This document shows, piece by piece, positions 59,563 to 64,000 of a stretch of DNA of 64,000 nucleotides. The notes under the pieces were generated by a model that searched no databases, was not told the origin of the DNA, and worked only from the letters and a program-made list of their open reading frames with translations. Position 1 is the first letter of the stretch; each line of letters opens with the position of its first letter. Where the stretch lies: NCBI GenBank assembly GCA_902516285.1, contig CABXXT010000004.1, positions 18,963 to 82,962 of the forward strand, read 5' to 3'. The stretch comes from an uncultured SAR86 cluster bacterium (GTDB lineage Bacteria > Pseudomonadota > Gammaproteobacteria > Magnimaribacterales > D2472). Made by a program: the position numbers and the translations under genes.

Positions 59563-60275
59563 ATATTCTTCCTGCGATAGATATTAAAAACGGTAGTTGT
59601 GTGAGACTAAAGAAAGGGAATTTTAATGAAATTAAGATATATAATTCTTCACCTTTAGATCAAGCAAAATTATTTAAGGATCATGGTTTTGATTTCATAC
59701 ATATTGTTGACTTGGATGGTGCTCTTAGAGGTAAACGTGAAAATAATAAAATTATAAATCAAATAATAAATCTTAATATCAAAGTTCAGCTTGGCGGTGG
59801 CATTAGATTGCTTTCTGATATTGAAGAGTTGATAGATATTGGCGTAGAAAGAGTAATTTTAAGTACAGCTGTTATAGAAAATAAATCTTTTACCAATGAT
59901 GTGTTATCAAAATTTGATCAAAAAAATATTACTCTCGCTTTAGATTTTAGGATTTATGACGAAACACCATACATTGCGACTAAAGGTTGGATAAATCAAA
60001 CAAAAATTAATCTATATGATTTCATTAAAAATAATGAAATCAAAAATGTTCTTGCAACAGATATAAATAAAGATGGCCTATTAATTGGTCCAAATTTAAA
60101 AATATATAAAAAAATTAAAGAGTTATATCCTGATAAAAATCTTATTGGATCAGGGGGGATTTCAAAAATTAGTGATGTAGCTGATTTAGCAAAAATTAAT
60201 GTTAATGAATGTGTTGTTGGTAAGGCTATTTATGAAAATAAGATATCAATGAAGGAGTTAGCTAATGTTAACTAA
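59559..60275 (+). CDS. hisA: ProFAR isomerase
   Basis: [37 protein letters not shown]. Confidence 0.94.
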   Translation: MNILPAIDIKNGSCVRLKKGNFNEIKIYNSSPLDQAKLFKDHGFDFIHIVDLDGALRGKRENNKIINQIINLNIKVQLGGGIRLLSDIEELIDIGVERVILSTAVIENKSFTNDVLSKFDQKNITLALDFRIYDETPYIATKGWINQTKINLYDFIKNNEIKNVLATDINKDGLLIGPNLKIYKKIKELYPDKNLIGSGGISKISDVADLAKINVNECVVGKAIYENKISMKELANVN

Positions 60276-61032
60276 AAGAATTATCCCTTGCCTTGATGTC
60301 AAAAATGGAAATGTTGTGAAAGGTGTTCAATTTAAAAATCACAGAATAGTTGGAGATCCTATTAAGTTGGCTGCAAAATATTCAGAAGAAAATGCTGATG
60401 AATTAGTTTTTTATGATATTTATTCAAGTGTAGAGTCAAAATCGGTTTCACTAAGTTGGATTAGTGATATTGCTCAAAATATTAATATACCTTTTTGTGT
60501 AGCAGGCGGTATCAAAAGTATAAAGAAAGCTAAAGAAGTCTTATATATGGGTGCTGATAAAGTTTCAATAAATACACCTGCGATTGAAAACCCAGAATTA
60601 ATTACTGAATTAGCAAAAACTTTTGGTTCTCAGTGCGTTGTAATAGGTATTGATAGTTTTTTTAATCAAAAAAACTATGTTGTTCATGCAAAAACTGGAT
60701 CTACTAAATCAAGATATGAAGTTGGTAAAAATACATTAGATTGGGTTAAAGAAGTTCAAGATAGAGGAGCTGGTGAAATAGTATTAAATTGCATGAATAG
60801 AGATGGTGTAAAAGAAGGTTATGATATTGATCAACTCTCAATGATAAGGGAGGTTTGCAAGGTCCCTTTAATAGCATCTGGTGGTGCTGGAGAAAAAGAG
60901 CACTTTAAAAAAGTTTTTAAAATATCAAATGTGGATGGAGCTCTTGCAGCTTCTGTTTTTCATGATAATAAAATATCAATTGAAGAACTCAAAAATTATC
61001 TAAAAAAACAAAAAATTGGGGTAAGAAAATGA
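60265..61032 (+). CDS. hisF: Imidazole glycerol phosphate synthase, cyclase subunit
   Basis: [42 protein letters not shown]. Confidence 0.97.
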   Translation: MLTKRIIPCLDVKNGNVVKGVQFKNHRIVGDPIKLAAKYSEENADELVFYDIYSSVESKSVSLSWISDIAQNINIPFCVAGGIKSIKKAKEVLYMGADKVSINTPAIENPELITELAKTFGSQCVVIGIDSFFNQKNYVVHAKTGSTKSRYEVGKNTLDWVKEVQDRGAGEIVLNCMNRDGVKEGYDIDQLSMIREVCKVPLIASGGAGEKEHFKKVFKISNVDGALAASVFHDNKISIEELKNYLKKQKIGVRK

Positions 61033-61613
61033 ATATTAATAATGTATGGAAGGATGATCAAATGTTAATACCGGCAATTGTTCAAGATTCTAATACTAAA
61101 TCAGTCTTAATGCTTGGCTATATGAACAAGGAATCATACCAAAAAACAATTGATATAAATAAAGTTACCTTCTATAGCAGATCTAGAAAATGTTTATGGA
61201 CTAAAGGAGAAACGTCAGGAAATTTTTTAAATTATGTTTCCAGTGAAATCGATTGTGATAGAGACGCCCTCTTAGTTCAGGCCACTAATAATGGTCCAAC
61301 CTGTCACTTAAAAAAATACTCTTGTTTTGGAGATGAAATTTTTACTTTTCAAAAGCTTGAGTCAATTATTCTAACACGAAAAGATACTTGTGAAAGTGGT
61401 TCATACACAAGCACCCTTTTTGAAAAAGGTAATAAAGAGATTGCAAAAAAAATAGCAGAAGAAGCAAATGAATTAGCAATATCAGCAGTTTCTGATGACG
61501 GAAGGATATTAGAGGAAGCAGCAGATCTAATGTATCATTTACAAGTTTTACTAATTGCCAATAATTTATCTCTCAACGAACTTGAGAAATCATTAGCAAA
61601 GAGAAATAAATAG
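61029..61613 (+). CDS. hisIE: Bifunctional PR-AMP cyclohydrolase/PR-ATP pyrophosphatase
   Basis: [19 protein letters not shown]...SCF, SYT..L, EEA.E, EAADL.YH. Confidence 0.95.
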   Translation: MNINNVWKDDQMLIPAIVQDSNTKSVLMLGYMNKESYQKTIDINKVTFYSRSRKCLWTKGETSGNFLNYVSSEIDCDRDALLVQATNNGPTCHLKKYSCFGDEIFTFQKLESIILTRKDTCESGSYTSTLFEKGNKEIAKKIAEEANELAISAVSDDGRILEEAADLMYHLQVLLIANNLSLNELEKSLAKRNK

Positions 61614-61614
61614 A

Positions 61615-62703
61615 ATGAACTACTTAAAATATATTAATCCTGGAATAGATTCAATTAAACCATACGAACCTGGTAAGTCAGTTGAGGATGTTACAAAAAA
61701 ATATAATTTAGATAAGATTATTAAACTAGCAAGTAATGAAAATAGTCTCGGTCCCTCACCTGAAGTCATTGATGTAATTAATAATTTCAAAAATATTCAT
61801 CTTTACCCTGATGGTGATGGAAGGAAACTTAAATCAAAAATTTCAGAAATTGAAGAATTATCAGATGAGAATATTATATTGGGAAATGGTTCAAACGAAA
61901 TTTTAGAAATAATCTCACAAGCTTTTTTATCTCCAAGATGTGAATGTATTTTTTCAAAACATGCATTTGTTGTATATAAACTTGCTTCTAAAGTAAGAGG
62001 ATCAAAATTTCATGAAGTTGAGGCAAATTCTTGGGGTCATGATTTAGAAAAGTTTGTCGAAAAAATTAATCAGAAAACAAGAATGATTTTTATTGCAAAT
62101 CCAAATAATCCAACAGGGACATATTTATCTCATAATTCAATAATAAACTTTCTTAAAAAGGTTCCAAGTGAAATTATTGTTGTAATTGATTTAGCTTATT
62201 ATGAATATGTGATTGCAGATGATTATATTAAGCCACTTGAAATCCTTCAAAACTTTCAAAATGTATTAATTACAAAATCTTTTTCAAAGATTCATGCTCT
62301 CTCTGCTTTAAGAATTGGTTATGGAATGGGTAATAAAAAGCTGATAGAAATAATGAATCGCGTTAGGCAACCATTTAATGTAAATGCTATAGCACAAGAG
62401 GCTGCAATTGCTGCACTTAGTGACACTGACTATTTACAAAAAAGCATAGATAACAATACAATTGAACGAGAGTTCATATGTGAGTGTTTAGACAAAATGT
62501 CTGTTGAATATATTCCATCTCAAGGTAACTTTATTTGCATAAATGTAAAAACTAATGGAACGGAAATATTTGAATCTTTAATGCAAAAAGGTGTGATTGT
62601 AAGGCCAATAGAATTATATGATATGCCAACTTTTATAAGGGTAACAATTGGTAAAAGGTCTGAAAATGAGTTTTTTATAGAAAAATTGAAAGAATGCTTA
62701 TAA
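61615..62703 (+). CDS. hisC: Histidinol-phosphate aminotransferase
   Basis: YEPGK, KLASNEN, GNGSNE, NPNNPTG, SFSK, RIGY, PFNVN. Confidence 0.93.
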   Translation: MNYLKYINPGIDSIKPYEPGKSVEDVTKKYNLDKIIKLASNENSLGPSPEVIDVINNFKNIHLYPDGDGRKLKSKISEIEELSDENIILGNGSNEILEIISQAFLSPRCECIFSKHAFVVYKLASKVRGSKFHEVEANSWGHDLEKFVEKINQKTRMIFIANPNNPTGTYLSHNSIINFLKKVPSEIIVVIDLAYYEYVIADDYIKPLEILQNFQNVLITKSFSKIHALSALRIGYGMGNKKLIEIMNRVRQPFNVNAIAQEAAIAALSDTDYLQKSIDNNTIEREFICECLDKMSVEYIPSQGNFICINVKTNGTEIFESLMQKGVIVRPIELYDMPTFIRVTIGKRSENEFFIEKLKECL

Positions 62704-62710
62704 TATCTTT

Positions 62711-62821
62711 ATGAAAAAATCATATATAAAAATATCTACAATAATTATTGGCTTCTTAGTAAGTGCGCTTGTTTATTTTTCATTATGGTCGTTATTCCTA
62801 TATTTTGGAATAATTAAATAA
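62711..62821 (+). CDS. Small membrane protein, 36 aa
   Basis: MKKSYIKISTIIIGFLVSALVYFSLWSLFLYFGIIK; starts 7 nt after the hisC stop. Confidence 0.5.
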   Translation: MKKSYIKISTIIIGFLVSALVYFSLWSLFLYFGIIK

Positions 62822-62870
62822 AAGTGGTTAAGTTCTTTTTAATTGAAATATAATATTTTTAAGAGATGTT

Positions 62871-62951
62871 ATGAACGAATTGTTATTAACAATATTATTA
62901 ATTTCGCATCTTATTTTGATGTGCATTGGCAGCTACAGAAATTTTAAATAG
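62871..62951 (+). CDS. Possible small hydrophobic peptide, 26 aa
   Basis: MNELLLTILLISHLILMCIGSYRNFK; AAGAGA upstream, TATAAT at 62849-62854. Confidence 0.35.
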   Translation: MNELLLTILLISHLILMCIGSYRNFK

Positions 62952-62971
62952 TAAATTTTGTTGTATGAAGA

Positions 62972-63047
<76 letters not shown>

Positions 63048-63089
63048 AAACATTTCTAAAAACATTAAATTATAAGTTTTTTAATAGTT

Positions 63090-63998
63090 TTATGTATTCT
63101 TTTCATCACGTTTTTTTAATAGATAGTGTGAAACGAAATATTCTTTTCCATTATTTAACGCAAAAAAAGCTTCACAAGATAAAAAAAAGATTCTCCATCT
63201 GTTGAACCAAATTTTTGGTTTATCATAGTGTCCATGAAATATATCTAATATTTTTTTCTTATTTTTGTAATGCTTATTTAACCAAGATTTAAGTGTTTTT
63301 GAATAATGGTTGCCATTAATATCCCATTGATTGACAATTTTAAAGTCATCATCAAAGTGCTCAAAAATATCTTTACTAGGCATAATTCCACCTTGAAAAA
63401 AATATTTTGTCATCCAGTCAAAACTATTCTTCATTTCATAAAAATATGTTAATTTTTTATGGCAAAAAATATGAATAAATAATCTTCCATCAGGTTTTAG
63501 CACATTATTAAGAGCCTTTAAAATTAGTTTATAGTTTCTTACATGTTCAAACATTTCAATTGAAACGATACGATCATATTTTTTATTTAAATCAAGGTTA
63601 TTAACATCCATTCTAAGAGCCATGATATTTGATAATCCTCTTTTCTGGGCTTCTTTTTTAATAAAAGTAATTTGATCACTTGAATTACTTACTGAAGTGA
63701 TATTTGTATTTGGATACTTTGTCGCAACATATAAAGTGAAACTTCCCCATCCACAACCAAGGTCGAGAACTTCAAGGCCATTTTTAATATCAGCTCTTTC
63801 TATATAAAGATTGAGCATAGATTTTTCTGCTTCATCCAAAGAATTTACATCATCAAAATACGAACATGAATATTTTAAATTCTCTCCTAATACACAATTA
63901 AAAAATTCTGGAGGAACTTCATAATGTTGTTCATTAGCATCATATGTTTTTTCAGCTATTGCACCTTGGGAAAGCACACTAATAGTTTTATATTTTTT
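63090..63998 (-). CDS. SAM-dependent methyltransferase, CFA synthase/coclaurine N-methyltransferase-like (5' end beyond the window)
   Basis: ANEQHYEVP, LKYSC, LDLGCGWGS, SIEMFEH, WMTKYFF.GG; frame open to the window edge. Confidence 0.88.
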   Translation of the reverse strand, partial: KKYKTISVLSQGAIAEKTYDANEQHYEVPPEFFNCVLGENLKYSCSYFDDVNSLDEAEKSMLNLYIERADIKNGLEVLDLGCGWGSFTLYVATKYPNTNITSVSNSSDQITFIKKEAQKRGLSNIMALRMDVNNLDLNKKYDRIVSIEMFEHVRNYKLILKALNNVLKPDGRLFIHIFCHKKLTYFYEMKNSFDWMTKYFFQGGIMPSKDIFEHFDDDFKIVNQWDINGNHYSKTLKSWLNKHYKNKKKILDIFHGHYDKPKIWFNRWRIFFLSCEAFFALNNGKEYFVSHYLLKKRDEKNT

Positions 63999-64000
63999 CT

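Overview
AT-rich, very gene-dense chromosomal segment with overlapping genes and tiny intergenic spacers. The gene set (dusA, mlaA, mrp/metG, rnt, grxD, queF, TonB2-type energizer) points to a streamlined marine gammaproteobacterium, probably SAR86-like (inference). It holds about 75 CDS and four tRNAs (Arg-ACG, Arg-TCG, Ser-GGA, Ala-GGC). I found no CRISPR array, integrase or transposase. Main blocks: translation/Fe-S/cofactor genes (pdxJ, cofE, panBCD, coaBC); an uncharacterised DUF3604-PPIase-HupE/UreJ triad; two TonB-dependent receptors, one heading a TonB2 (ttpBC-exbBD-tonB-TPR)-MacAB operon opposite an S9 peptidase; lipid catabolism and LOS glycosyltransferase genes; alternative oxidase; and a complete his operon. 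Most notable observations: (1) a structured ~200-nt orphan ncRNA candidate with repeated SD/GGA motifs behind a MarR-MASE1-small protein module; (2) the DUF3604 metallohydrolase triad; (3) a HisD-HisB(IGPD) fusion under a TrpR-like repressor with a divergent HAD phosphatase; (4) a tRNA-Arg(TCG) that is a 73/77-identical anticodon-switched copy of tRNA-Arg(ACG); (5) a signal-peptide-bearing fumarase/ASL-superfamily lyase; (6) a sigma-54 promoter in front of an unannotated 36-aa membrane peptide; (7) a recurring leaderless promoter architecture (TATAAT-N6-ATG). All family assignments come from motif recognition by eye, not database searches.
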